The position numbers and the translations under genes were made by a program. Below the pieces are notes generated by a model. It made no database searches. It saw only the letters and a list, made by a program, of their open reading frames with translations, and had not been told where the DNA came from. Of a DNA stretch of 64,000 bases, positions 38,706 to 48,312 are shown in pieces. Source of the DNA: Pedobacter sp. (lineage in GTDB: Bacteria > Desulfobacterota > Desulfuromonadia > Desulfuromonadales > Syntrophotaleaceae); NCBI GenBank assembly GCA_050253415.1, contig JBFWJC010000006.1, forward strand, positions 32,001 to 96,000. The letters run 5' to 3'. Position 1 is the first letter of the stretch. Every line of letters starts with the position of its first letter.

Positions 38706-40100
38706 ATGCCCCAGACAATTCCGACACTCATCGATACCCATGCGCATCTAGACCACTGTCAGTACGACCAGGACCGGCAGGAAACCATTCAACGCGCACT
38801 GGTCGCCGGAATATCCCACATGATTACCATCGGTTGCGATCTTGCAAGCTCCCAGGCCAGTGTTGAGCTTGCGCAACAACACTCAAGCATCTATGCAGCC
38901 GTAGGTATCCACCCTCACGATGCAGCCGAGCTTGATAATCCGACGCTTGCTGCACTGGAGAACTTGGCGCGCCACAACGATAAGGTTGTTGCAATCGGAG
39001 AAATTGGCCTGGATTACTATCGCGATCGCTGCCCCAGAGATGTTCAAGTCATCGCATTTCGCCAGCAAATTCGCCTTGCTCAAAAACTTGGTCTCCCCAT
39101 CATTATTCATGACCGGGATGCCCACCAGGACGTCCTCGATATTCTACGTCAGGAAAAAGCCTCGACAACAGGAGGCGTATTACACTGTTTCAGCGGTGAC
39201 CTGGCCATGGCCCAAGCCTGTATCGAATTAGGGTTCTATCTGTCGTTTCCAGCCACTATTACCTATCCTAAAAACGAGGCCCTGCGTGATGTTGTTAAAG
39301 CCCTGCCGACCGATCGCCTGCTGATAGAAACCGACTGTCCCTATCTTTCACCCCAGTCATATAGAGGCAAACGCAACGAGCCAGCGTTGCTGCGCCATAC
39401 CGCGGAAGAGATAGCCCGCATTAAAGGCTTGAGCGTGGAAGACATCTCACGTATCACCAATCTGAACGCATACCGACTGTTCGGGATTGGCAACGCTGAT
39501 CAATCCACCAAAATTGCTTACCGGATTCGCAACTCGCTCTATCTGAATATCACCAACCGTTGCAGCAATGCCTGTATATTCTGCGCTAAATTTCGTGATT
39601 TTGCGGTTAAGGGCCACGAACTCAAACTGGACCGTGAGCCAACTGTCGAAGAGATCAAACAAGCAATCGGTGATCCCCGCGAATATGATGAAGTGGTTTT
39701 TTGTGGCTATGGAGAATCATTATTACGTCTCGATATCATCCGAGAAATCGGGACATGGGTGCATCAGCAAAATGTACCGGTCCGCATTAATACCGATGGA
39801 CAAGCCAACCTGGTTTATGGCCGGAATATCCTGCCCGAACTAGCAGGTTACGTCGATGCCATTTCAGTCTCTCTCAATGCCGCCGATGCCACCACGTATC
39901 AGAAAATATGTCAATCCTGCTTTGGGGAGGCTGGTTACGAAGCCGTCAAAGAGTTCATCCGTGAAGCAAAAAAAGTGATCCCCTCGGTTACCGCCAGCGT
40001 GGTTGCCATGCCGGGCATCGATATCGACGCTTGTCGTCATATAGTCGAACAGGAATTGGAAGTTAACTTTAGAGTACGTCCCTACAACGAAGTCGGCTGA
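38706..40100 (+). CDS. TatD family nuclease fused to TatD-associated radical SAM domain
   Basis: DTHAH, GEIGLD, HCF, ETDCP, then LYLNITNRCSNACIFC (CxxxCxxC) and VFCGYGE in one frame; start at 38706 after GGAG. Confidence 0.9.
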   Translation: MPQTIPTLIDTHAHLDHCQYDQDRQETIQRALVAGISHMITIGCDLASSQASVELAQQHSSIYAAVGIHPHDAAELDNPTLAALENLARHNDKVVAIGEIGLDYYRDRCPRDVQVIAFRQQIRLAQKLGLPIIIHDRDAHQDVLDILRQEKASTTGGVLHCFSGDLAMAQACIELGFYLSFPATITYPKNEALRDVVKALPTDRLLIETDCPYLSPQSYRGKRNEPALLRHTAEEIARIKGLSVEDISRITNLNAYRLFGIGNADQSTKIAYRIRNSLYLNITNRCSNACIFCAKFRDFAVKGHELKLDREPTVEEIKQAIGDPREYDEVVFCGYGESLLRLDIIREIGTWVHQQNVPVRINTDGQANLVYGRNILPELAGYVDAISVSLNAADATTYQKICQSCFGEAGYEAVKEFIREAKKVIPSVTASVVAMPGIDIDACRHIVEQELEVNFRVRPYNEVG

Positions 40101-40157
40101 TTTATTTTTCGCCGTTTTTATAACTTCGTTGGTTCTAACAAATACCACCCAACATTC

Positions 40158-40198
40158 AAAAAAAGACACCCCCGTTTACGTTTAACGGGGGTGTCTTT
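40158..40198. terminator. Bidirectional intrinsic terminator
   Basis: 15-bp stem AAAGACACCCCCGTT/AACGGGGGTGTCTTT between convergent genes. Confidence 0.85.
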
Positions 40199-40354
40199 AC
40201 GTTTAAACTATTTCCACGTTCGCCATTAACCAATGCAAGACCTTCAATGCAAAATAGTGCATAGAAACCCGGAGTCTGTCGGACAATACGAATCGAAGCG
40301 GAAGGTCTGGGTATTTTCGACCAGATTTTAGCTCTTTTGAAGGTGCATAGTTTG

Positions 40355-40693
40355 CTAGCTTTCCAAAGAAGTGCAATAAAGATCAAATGCTTCCGAGCCG
40401 GCATCAATCTTCAATATACGAATCCCCATCCCCCCTTTATTTGCAACACGCATAAGAGGCGCTGGCACTTTTCTGGCCCATTGTACCTTACCCTGCAAAG
40501 TTACGGCGCCGTGTTCCGGAAGGACAAGTTCCATGTACAAGCTGGTTCCCGGGCGCAGCGGTTGAGCAGTTTTCAAGAATAAACCTTCTCGGTGGACATC
40601 TTCGGTGAACGCAATTCGACAAGGGTCTTTCTCTCCATAACGTACCTGAATTCGCCTACGAGGTCGCCTCCTTACACGTCGATCAACCGCCAT
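40355..40693 (-). CDS. Stand-alone PilZ domain protein
   Basis: RxxxR motif, DVHREGLFL, GKVQW, GMGIRI; AAGGAGG SD. Confidence 0.82.
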   Translation of the reverse strand: MAVDRRVRRRPRRRIQVRYGEKDPCRIAFTEDVHREGLFLKTAQPLRPGTSLYMELVLPEHGAVTLQGKVQWARKVPAPLMRVANKGGMGIRILKIDAGSEAFDLYCTSLES

Positions 40694-41054
40694 TAGTCCT
40701 CCTTACTCACAGAAAGAAACGTCTAAACATAACGAAAAACGTGAATATTCAGATCCCGGAAAGTAATCCGTATAATTAAAGCATACTTAGCATGATTAAG
40801 GATATACGGCCTAAGCCTGGGGTGCAAACAAAAAATCCACAACCCAGCTGACATTTCAAATCTACAAACAGAATTGAAACGTACATAAGCCACTGATTTA
40901 TTGTGTTTTTTATCTATCGCGGGCATACCAACCGACAATAATCGCCCGGCTATTATGCTCTGGAGATAAAACGTCGATTTCAAATGCCGGAAATTCAGCT
41001 AAAATTATAGCAAAAGGAGATGCGCAATAAATTTTTCCAATCGGAGGATTCAAC

Positions 41055-41306
41055 ATGAAAGGTCTACTTATCAAGGATAAGACCCATTGGTGTGACTCCT
41101 GGTCTGCGAAAATGGCCACCCGACTTGAGATTCTCGATTCAACCTATAACCTGCTCATATTTCACCAGCGACACACCTTGGAGGAAATTCTTTCACATCT
41201 ACCCGATGCACCAGAGCACATTTTTCAGATCATTGATCTTGAAGAAACACACGAGGATCACAGCGATATTGTTAGCGATTCCGGAACCTTTTACCGTATT
41301 ACTTAA
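41055..41306 (+). CDS. Small hypothetical protein (83 aa)
   Basis: GGAGG SD, plausible composition; no family recognised. Confidence 0.6.
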   Translation: MKGLLIKDKTHWCDSWSAKMATRLEILDSTYNLLIFHQRHTLEEILSHLPDAPEHIFQIIDLEETHEDHSDIVSDSGTFYRIT

Positions 41307-41522
41307 CTAATCCGATGCCTGATCTATAAGGTTTCTTTCCGCCGACATCTTTCATTTTGACGGCGAGTCGACATCCACCCGTTACCTTCTTCCGATATGA
41401 AATATTTATTACGAAATTAAATACGGCCGGAATCCCTTTTTTACCAAAGAGGACTTCCGGCCGCACCTGATTACTGTTACCTGTATTAAAAATTTGGATC
41501 ACTATTTCAGAGACTGCAGCAT

Positions 41523-41873
41523 CTAATGTTTTATGCCGTTTTTTTTCAAAGGCAGAACTTTAGCGGCTCCACGCTGCCCAGCTTCACGTTCGGCAATAAA
41601 CCTTTCCGGATCGTTTAGCACACTGTTGAATTCCTCAAACTGCTCCCAGAACATAGCGATCATCATGTTCATGCGAACAATAGGATCCCTGTATCGGCGC
41701 AGGCGCATCTCAATCTGAAACTGCATGCCGTATGCACGCTGCCGATATTCTTCAGGAAAATCCTCAAGCATTTGATGAATAATATCTGCCCGCATCTTCT
41801 CAAAGGCTTCCGGATCTTTTTGATATAAACCTACCATTTCCAGGACCTGGCTTTTTTCTTTGGTTGTACTCAT
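41523..41873 (-). CDS. DUF3135-like protein
   Basis: DPEAFEKMR…QFQIE…DP pattern; AGGAGG SD. Confidence 0.6.
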   Translation of the reverse strand: MSTTKEKSQVLEMVGLYQKDPEAFEKMRADIIHQMLEDFPEEYRQRAYGMQFQIEMRLRRYRDPIVRMNMMIAMFWEQFEEFNSVLNDPERFIAEREAGQRGAAKVLPLKKNGIKH

Positions 41874-41948
41874 AAAACCACCTCCTGTCATGATATTAAC
41901 ACTCCCGGGAGAAGTGGCAAGCCTGCAGAGATTGAAGTCACTCCCCCT

Positions 41949-42494
41949 TTATCCATTTCCCGGAGTATCCAGGTTAATCAAGGGTATTCCGGACTCAAGT
42001 CTATGCCACAGGGTGATTCCATGCCCCAAGCGCATAGAAACGCCAGCTACAACTTTCTCGTAAGCATCCGTAGACCATGGCGGTAACGTGTCGACATGCG
42101 CCCTTGCCCGCCTGGCGATATCAAACAACGAATTATCCAACAAATAAATTCTGCCAACCGTCAAATTACTGCCATAAAACCGTACCATCAGTAATTCCTG
42201 ATTTTCCAGGGCCAGTAAAACCCGGCGTTCATAATCGCTGTGGTAATTAAGCCAGCATGTGTATACATATTTTACGACCTGTCCAATGGCCAGCAGCACT
42301 CCAAAAACGGCACAGTTATTATGATAAAACAATCCGCCGCGAACCTGAGGCTTGGCATTGCCAAAATATTCGATGGTAGCAGACCTCTCCACCACCTGTA
42401 TCGTAACCTGTGAGGGAATCCGATCGGTCACAACAAAGCCCATTTCTTCAAACGCGTATTCAGACAATGGTTTGGTTGCCGCCGTATGCGTCAT
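41949..42494 (-). CDS. Hypothetical protein
   Basis: GGAGG SD before ATG 42494; no family recognised. Confidence 0.6.
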   Translation of the reverse strand: MTHTAATKPLSEYAFEEMGFVVTDRIPSQVTIQVVERSATIEYFGNAKPQVRGGLFYHNNCAVFGVLLAIGQVVKYVYTCWLNYHSDYERRVLLALENQELLMVRFYGSNLTVGRIYLLDNSLFDIARRARAHVDTLPPWSTDAYEKVVAGVSMRLGHGITLWHRLESGIPLINLDTPGNG

Positions 42495-42765
42495 TTTAAC
42501 CTCCATACACCTTTTCGATTATAGGTGGCACGGCATACCTCACTGCAGCCTTGCCGCCTATTTACCCTTCACGTATACTTGCGTTTGTACAGCAGAGCCT
42601 CCGCAAAAGACTGACCAGCGCAGGCAATATCGATACTCGAATATTCCTTCGTCTGCGAGAACGGTTACCTTAATCCACGAAAATGATTTACACAGTCAAT
42701 TCCACCAAACGTCTGCATTGATATAACCTACTCTATCCTGCACCTGACAACGTGGAAAGCATGCG

Positions 42766-43920
42766 ATGAATAATTTTACGTTTCATAATCCGGTACGCGT
42801 TGTTTTTGGCCGCGGTTCCATTACGCAATTATCCCAACTGGTCCCACGGGAAACCAGGATCATGCTGATTTTCGGTGGCGGCTCCATAAAACACAACGGC
42901 GTCTATAATCAGGTCATCAAAGCTCTTACCGAACATGATGTGATTGAATTCTCCGGCATAGAACCCAACCCCCTGTACGAAACCTGCATGGAAGCAACGC
43001 GACTGGCTCAAAAAGCCAAGGTGGGTTTTCTGCTGGCCGTGGGCGGAGGTTCGGTAATGGACGCCACCAAGTTTATCGCGGCAGCGGCCACCTACGCAGG
43101 TGATGATCCCTGGGATATGGTCCTGAAAATGGCCCCGGTTGAGTCCGCCCTGCCCCTCGGCTGCGTTGTCACCCTGCCGGCAACCGGATCGGAAACCAAC
43201 ATCAATGCGGTCATTTCCAGAGCATCGACAGCGCAAAAAATCCCCTTTAAAAGCGCTTTTCTCTATCCGCAGTTTTCCATTCTCGATCCCGATACCACCT
43301 TTTCTCTGCCACAACGCCAACTGGCCAACGGTGTTGTCGATACGTTTGTCCATGTATGCGAACAGTATCTAACTTACGATGTCAATGCGCCCTTGCAAGA
43401 CCGTCAGGCTGAAGGCATCCTTCTCACCCTTATCGAAGAAGCACCCAAACTATTTGGATCAGAGGATGGGTATGATGTTCGGGCGAACCTTATGTGGTGC
43501 GCAACGCAAGCCCTGAATCACAACCTGGCCTGCGGTGTCCCGACGGATTGGTCCTCCCATGCCATTGCTCACGAATTGACGGCGCTATGCAGCCTCGACC
43601 ACGCCCGAGCTCTAGCTATCGTATTGCCTGCCCTGCTGCATAAGCAAAGACGCGCCAAATCTGCCAAGCTGCAACAATTCGCGCTTCGCGTGTGGGGTAT
43701 CAGTGATGCAAACCCTGAGGAAGCGATAGACAAGGCGCTTGTCAGCACCGAGCGGTTTTTTAAATCCTTGGGCCTGGCAACCCGCCTGCGAGACTACAAT
43801 ATCCCACGGGACGTCATTACGCAGATCGCTCAACGACTGGGGCAACGACAACCGCTGATAGGCGAGCATCAGAATATTGGAACCGCCGAAGTTGCCGACA
43901 TTCTTGAACACGCCTTTTAA
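42766..43920 (+). CDS. Iron-containing alcohol dehydrogenase (YqhD/BdhA-like)
   Basis: GGGS motifs, TLPATGSE, HVCEQY, HAIAHEL, HARAL metal ligands. Confidence 0.92.
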   Translation: MNNFTFHNPVRVVFGRGSITQLSQLVPRETRIMLIFGGGSIKHNGVYNQVIKALTEHDVIEFSGIEPNPLYETCMEATRLAQKAKVGFLLAVGGGSVMDATKFIAAAATYAGDDPWDMVLKMAPVESALPLGCVVTLPATGSETNINAVISRASTAQKIPFKSAFLYPQFSILDPDTTFSLPQRQLANGVVDTFVHVCEQYLTYDVNAPLQDRQAEGILLTLIEEAPKLFGSEDGYDVRANLMWCATQALNHNLACGVPTDWSSHAIAHELTALCSLDHARALAIVLPALLHKQRRAKSAKLQQFALRVWGISDANPEEAIDKALVSTERFFKSLGLATRLRDYNIPRDVITQIAQRLGQRQPLIGEHQNIGTAEVADILEHAF

Positions 43921-44018
43921 GCGTTACGCCAATAAGATAACAACGAAACAAATTGCCTTGTATATCTGCGTGAGTTTGAATAATCTTGGAGGATCGTTAT
44001 TCAGCATGGAGGGGATGT

Positions 44019-44768
44019 ATGGCCAGAAAAGGCATCCTGTACGAGCAGGTCATTGACGCAATCAGCGCGCTGCAGACAAATAAACAAAAAGTTACCGTTC
44101 GTGCTATTCATGCTGTGACCGGTGGATCCATGTCCACCGTGTTAAAGCATTACCGTCGATGGCAAAGCGAACAGCTGGGCCAGCCTTCTGATGCGACGGA
44201 TATATCCCCCCAATTGACTGAGGCTTTGCACAACGAGTTGCGCAATTACGCCCGGCGGACACTCCTGGTCATGGAGACCCGCCTGTCGACCAACAGCCAG
44301 AAACTTCAGGAAATCGAATCGGCATACAAAGAGGCGCAGCGTTACATAACCGATCTCGAAAAGGCGCTGCAGGAAAACGAACAAAATTCGTCCCCAAAGA
44401 TGGCCGAGATGGAAGCGCAATGTAAACTGGCCTTGCAGAGCAAAGCCCACGCCGAAGAACAGCTATACCAGGCACGACAGCATGCGGTTTTGATGGAAAA
44501 CCGTCTTGACGAAGTCGACACCCGCCTGGGGGTGCTGACTCAGGAACTGAATACCGCCCGGGAACAGATTCGCAAGTCGTCGGCGCAAGTCGAGGACCTT
44601 GAACAGCGCCTGGAGGAAGCCGATGCGCGAGCCCAGCGTGCAGAGGCGCAGCTACAGGAACTGCTGCCCCGGGAAAAGACCCGGCAACAACGCAACAACA
44701 CGCCGCCGCCTAAGACTCCCGCCGCCAAACCTGCGGCCGAGGAGCAGCAGGAAGCTTTTGAATTTTGA
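44019..44768 (+). CDS. KfrA-like DNA-binding coiled-coil protein
   Basis: KfrA_N-like TVRAIHAVTGGSMSTVLKHYRRW followed by a long coiled coil. Confidence 0.78.
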   Translation: MARKGILYEQVIDAISALQTNKQKVTVRAIHAVTGGSMSTVLKHYRRWQSEQLGQPSDATDISPQLTEALHNELRNYARRTLLVMETRLSTNSQKLQEIESAYKEAQRYITDLEKALQENEQNSSPKMAEMEAQCKLALQSKAHAEEQLYQARQHAVLMENRLDEVDTRLGVLTQELNTAREQIRKSSAQVEDLEQRLEEADARAQRAEAQLQELLPREKTRQQRNNTPPPKTPAAKPAAEEQQEAFEF

Positions 44769-44771
44769 GTC

Positions 44772-44810
44772 AAAAAAACCGGGATCACAGAGTGTGAATC
44801 CCGGCTTTTT
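44772..44810. terminator. Bidirectional terminator between the kfrA-like gene and ALDH
   Basis: CCGGGAT-CAC/GTG-ATCCCGG stem flanked by A and T runs. Confidence 0.7.
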
Positions 44811-44831
44811 CACGAAAACAATGAGAGGCTG

Positions 44832-46262
44832 TCATGCGCTCGGCGGCAGCTGAATGGCTTTAACCTCCAGATATTCCTCAAGTCCGAACCGTCCCATTTC
44901 CCGCCCATAGCCCGATTGGCGATAGCCTCCGAAGGGGGCCTCGGTATTGTAAGGCGCACCGTTGATATCCACCTGTCCGGCACGCAGACGGCGCGCCACG
45001 GCCATGGCTCGCGTTGCATCGGCCGACCAGACCCCAGCAGCGAGGCCATAGGGCGTGGCGTTGGCCAGAGCAACCGCCTCATCTTCGCTCCTATAAGTCA
45101 TAATCGATAATACCGGGCCGAAAATCTCTTCCCGGGCAATACTCATTTCGGGTGTCACCCGACCGAACACCGTAGGTTGGACGTAATAACCATGCTCAAG
45201 ACCGACCGGGACATCCGTCCCACCAAAAAGCAACGCCGCACCTTCATCACAACCCTGCCGAATATAATCCATCACTTTTTCGTATTGACGTCTGGAAACC
45301 AAGGGACCGAGGCGCGCGTTTTCATCCATGGGATCGCCCGGATGGAACTTCTTGGCGGCTTGAACAGCCAGCTCAGCCGCCTCTTCGTAACGGTCTTCGG
45401 GAACCAACAATCGTGTCCAGGCACTGCAGGTCTGTCCGGAATTGAGAAAACAGGATTTGACCGTACCTTTAACCGCCTCCGCAAGGTCGGCATCGTCCAA
45501 AACAACGGACGGGGATTTTCCTCCCAACTCCAGAGCAACACGCTTGACACCGCCGGCTGCCAGCTCGGCGACCCTTTTACCGGCACGGGTGGATCCGGTA
45601 AAGGAAATCAGATCGACATCTTCATGGATTGCCAGTCGCTCGCCGACTACCGGCCCGGCACCGCTGACAAGGTTGAAAACTCCCGCCGGCAAACCGATCT
45701 GATCCATAATATCCGCCAGCAAAAATGCATTCAGGGGTGTCACTTCACTTGGCTTGAGCACGACGGTGCAGCCGGCAGCTAAAGCTGGCGCCAGCTTGGC
45801 CACGATCTGGTGCAGCGGATAATTCCAGGGAGTGATGGCTGCCACAACCCCCGCAGCCTCTTTCACGATAAGCGAATGACCCATTTTCTCTTCAAAGGGG
45901 AAAGTTCGCGCATGACTGGCGTACGACGCGAGGGTGACCATCGGCAATCCGACCTGAATCATTCGGGTCAGTTTAAACGGCATGCCGAGTTCGGCCGTAA
46001 TCAATTCGGCCATTTCTTCGGACTTATTTTTCAGTGCGGCGTGAATTTTATCCAGCCAATCTGCACGTTCCTCCACGGAGGTGGCCGCCCAACTTCCAAA
46101 TGCATTACGCGCCGCCATAACGGCGGCATCGGCGTCCTGTTGCCGAGCAGCCGGTATGGTGCCGATGATTTCTTCGTTGGCCGGATTGACGACCTCAAAG
46201 ATCTCAGCGCAGGAAGGCCCAACCCATTTACCGTTGATGTACAATTTATCCCTGATGACCAT
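44832..46262 (-). CDS. NAD(P)-dependent aldehyde dehydrogenase
   Basis: PWNYP, FTGS, LELGGK, NSGQTC, EEIFGP. Confidence 0.95.
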   Translation of the reverse strand: MVIRDKLYINGKWVGPSCAEIFEVVNPANEEIIGTIPAARQQDADAAVMAARNAFGSWAATSVEERADWLDKIHAALKNKSEEMAELITAELGMPFKLTRMIQVGLPMVTLASYASHARTFPFEEKMGHSLIVKEAAGVVAAITPWNYPLHQIVAKLAPALAAGCTVVLKPSEVTPLNAFLLADIMDQIGLPAGVFNLVSGAGPVVGERLAIHEDVDLISFTGSTRAGKRVAELAAGGVKRVALELGGKSPSVVLDDADLAEAVKGTVKSCFLNSGQTCSAWTRLLVPEDRYEEAAELAVQAAKKFHPGDPMDENARLGPLVSRRQYEKVMDYIRQGCDEGAALLFGGTDVPVGLEHGYYVQPTVFGRVTPEMSIAREEIFGPVLSIMTYRSEDEAVALANATPYGLAAGVWSADATRAMAVARRLRAGQVDINGAPYNTEAPFGGYRQSGYGREMGRFGLEEYLEVKAIQLPPSA

Positions 46263-46372
46263 GCTATCCTCCTATCAAGTTTTACGGAATATCAAGGTAT
46301 GGAGTATAGCAAATAGAACCGTCAGGTTGAAATTTTCCTTGCAGAGGACCCGGCACCCTAAAAATGGATTTT

Positions 46373-46388
46373 CTTGATAGTTGTCAAG
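46373..46388. promoter_or_regulatory. Crp/Fnr-family (HcpR-like) binding site
   Basis: CTTGATAGTTGTCAAG = TTGA-N6-TCAA palindrome about 80 bp upstream of the ferredoxin-like gene. Confidence 0.65.
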
Positions 46389-46466
46389 GGTGATCAGAAA
46401 CGGATGTGAGAAGATCAGGCCATCAAACGAACACAACTCCATTTCTACAACTAAGGGAGATTATCT

Positions 46467-47180
46467 ATGAAACGGAATATCATTCACATCGACGAAGACA
46501 AATGCAACGGTTGCGGCCTCTGTGTACCCGCCTGCGCCGAAGGTGCTATCCAGATCATCGATGGCAAAGCCCGCTTGGCTGCCGACAACCTTTGCGACGG
46601 TCTCGGTGCCTGCCTCGGTCATTGCCCGCAAGATGCCATCCGCATCGAGGTCCGCGAAGCCGATGAGTTTGATGAAGTGGCGGTGGCAAAAAAAACCGCT
46701 AAAACGCAGGATGCAAAACCTGCCCACGGACACGGCCATAGCGGTTGCCCGTCGGCCCGGATCATGTCCTTCGAAGCACCGCAGTCAGCTCCAGTGACGG
46801 ACAATATCTCCCAGCCTTCTGCCATAGGCAACTGGCCTGTGCAACTGAAACTGATCCCGGTCTCCGCACCTTTTCTTAAGGGAGCCGACCTGCTGCTGGC
46901 CGCCGATTGCGCACCGTTTGCCTATGCCGACTTCCACCGCGAACTTCTGGCTGGCAAAGTGCTGCTCATCGGATGTCCCAAACTTGATGATGCCGAGGAA
47001 TACAAGCGGAAATTGACCGCAATTCTGGCCGAGAACGATGTCAAATCCCTCACCGTGGCCTACATGGAAGTCCCTTGTTGTTCCGGCCTTGTTGCCCTGG
47101 CCAAGGAAGCCCTGGCGGCAAGCGGCGTAGATATCGCTTTACAAACGGCCTGCATCGGCATCCGTGGAGAGCGTCGATAA
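46467..47180 (+). CDS. 4Fe-4S dicluster protein (FrdX-like, usually hcp-associated)
   Basis: CNGCGLCVPAC, CDGLGACLGHCP, GCP, WPVQL, AADC, GCPKLD, MEVPCC. Confidence 0.85.
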   Translation: MKRNIIHIDEDKCNGCGLCVPACAEGAIQIIDGKARLAADNLCDGLGACLGHCPQDAIRIEVREADEFDEVAVAKKTAKTQDAKPAHGHGHSGCPSARIMSFEAPQSAPVTDNISQPSAIGNWPVQLKLIPVSAPFLKGADLLLAADCAPFAYADFHRELLAGKVLLIGCPKLDDAEEYKRKLTAILAENDVKSLTVAYMEVPCCSGLVALAKEALAASGVDIALQTACIGIRGERR

Positions 47181-47195
47181 CCATCCACTTTTTCG

Positions 47196-47228
47196 AACAG
47201 GCCCGGGCAACCGGGCCTGTTTTGTTTT
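47196..47228 (+). terminator. Intrinsic terminator
   Basis: AACAGGCCCGG-GCAA-CCGGGCCTGTT plus T-run. Confidence 0.85.
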
Positions 47229-47245
47229 AGCCACCTTACAGGAAA

Positions 47246-47280
47246 ATAAAAAGTCCTGACCCATTAAACAGGTCAGGACT
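47246..47280 (-). terminator. Intrinsic terminator after the DUF4242 gene
   Basis: AGTCCTGACC/GGTCAGGACT stem with a minus-strand T-run. Confidence 0.7.
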
Positions 47281-47307
47281 CGGATGAAGCGAATAGTAAC
47301 GAAAGGA

Positions 47308-47583
47308 TCAGTCTTCGGCAGTAATCGGACTGATAATAGTCTTGACTTCGGAGATGCTGTTGGCAGGAAACCCACCTTTGGTGGCATGTTCAAGGATCTC
47401 TTTTTCACTGGGCGAAATATAAACACAGTAGATTTTGTCCGCTGTAACGAAGCTTTCTACCCACTGGATCTGGGGTCCCATTTCCTTAAGGACCGCACAG
47501 GAAGCCTGAGAAATGCTCTGCAGATCCTGGGCGGAAAGGTTTCCAGCGCCGGGAAGTTCCCTCTCAATAATAAACTTGGGCAT
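47308..47583 (-). CDS. DUF4242 family protein
   Basis: MPKFIIER, QWVESFV, KIYCVY, HA..GGFPA..ISEV pattern. Confidence 0.8.
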   Translation of the reverse strand: MPKFIIERELPGAGNLSAQDLQSISQASCAVLKEMGPQIQWVESFVTADKIYCVYISPSEKEILEHATKGGFPANSISEVKTIISPITAED

Positions 47584-47731
47584 GATCCGTTTCCTTTCTT
47601 TAGCAGCAAGAGACACATGGCGGACAGCACACCTGACCGACCATCAAACACTGTTTCATATTGCCTCGGATTAGAGATGGAGGCAATGAAAAAAAGTTCG
47701 GTCCCCAAAGCCCCCCTCTATCCAACTTCTA

Positions 47732-48211
47732 TCATTCCCGTATACGGGAAATCTGGATATCGGTGCCACCCTGCTGCGTATTTTCGGATAAGACCACGGT
47801 TTTTACGGTTCTGTCTTTTTCAACCGTTATGGTCACCATTTTTCCGGTCGGCATGGCCATTTCAAAAATACGGGGCTGTTCGTTTTTGGTTTCATTTTTA
47901 TAATATTGAGCCACTTTTTCGATATCGTCGGCACTATGCACGGATACCGAAACCACGGAATCCGTTCCATCCTCGGTCTCGCTTTCCACCAGCATTGTCC
48001 CTCCCGGGCCGGCAGTGACCCCGGGATACAGGGTAAGACCCATATCAGCAGGCAGCGATGCTTTGCCGTATTCCATGGTCGTCGTGCCTTCTTCGCCGGT
48101 TATGGTCACAGTGCCTTCTTCACCGGAAACGACAGTATTATCTTCCTTTTTGCCGCAACCGACCATCATTGCGGCGATGCCGATAACCACCAGAGCTGTT
48201 CTGAATTTCAT
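47732..48211 (-). CDS. Putative lipoprotein
   Basis: Lipobox MVGC after a hydrophobic stretch; GGAG SD. Confidence 0.75.
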   Translation of the reverse strand: MKFRTALVVIGIAAMMVGCGKKEDNTVVSGEEGTVTITGEEGTTTMEYGKASLPADMGLTLYPGVTAGPGGTMLVESETEDGTDSVVSVSVHSADDIEKVAQYYKNETKNEQPRIFEMAMPTGKMVTITVEKDRTVKTVVLSENTQQGGTDIQISRIRE

Positions 48212-48312
48212 TCAAAAGTCTCCTTTCCAAACTAAAAGGGATAACAAACGCCAACCGGCCAAATCCGGTTTAAAGGCATCAGGGTATATATTTATCGTCA
48301 AGCATATCGCTC

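Noticed and set aside
40694..41054. Possible cyclic-dinucleotide riboswitch upstream of PilZ
   Set aside because: No GEMM P1/P2 motifs recognised by eye; an Infernal search would be needed
47284..48018. 244-aa plus-strand ORF
   Set aside because: Antisense to the DUF4242 and lipoprotein genes; implausible composition
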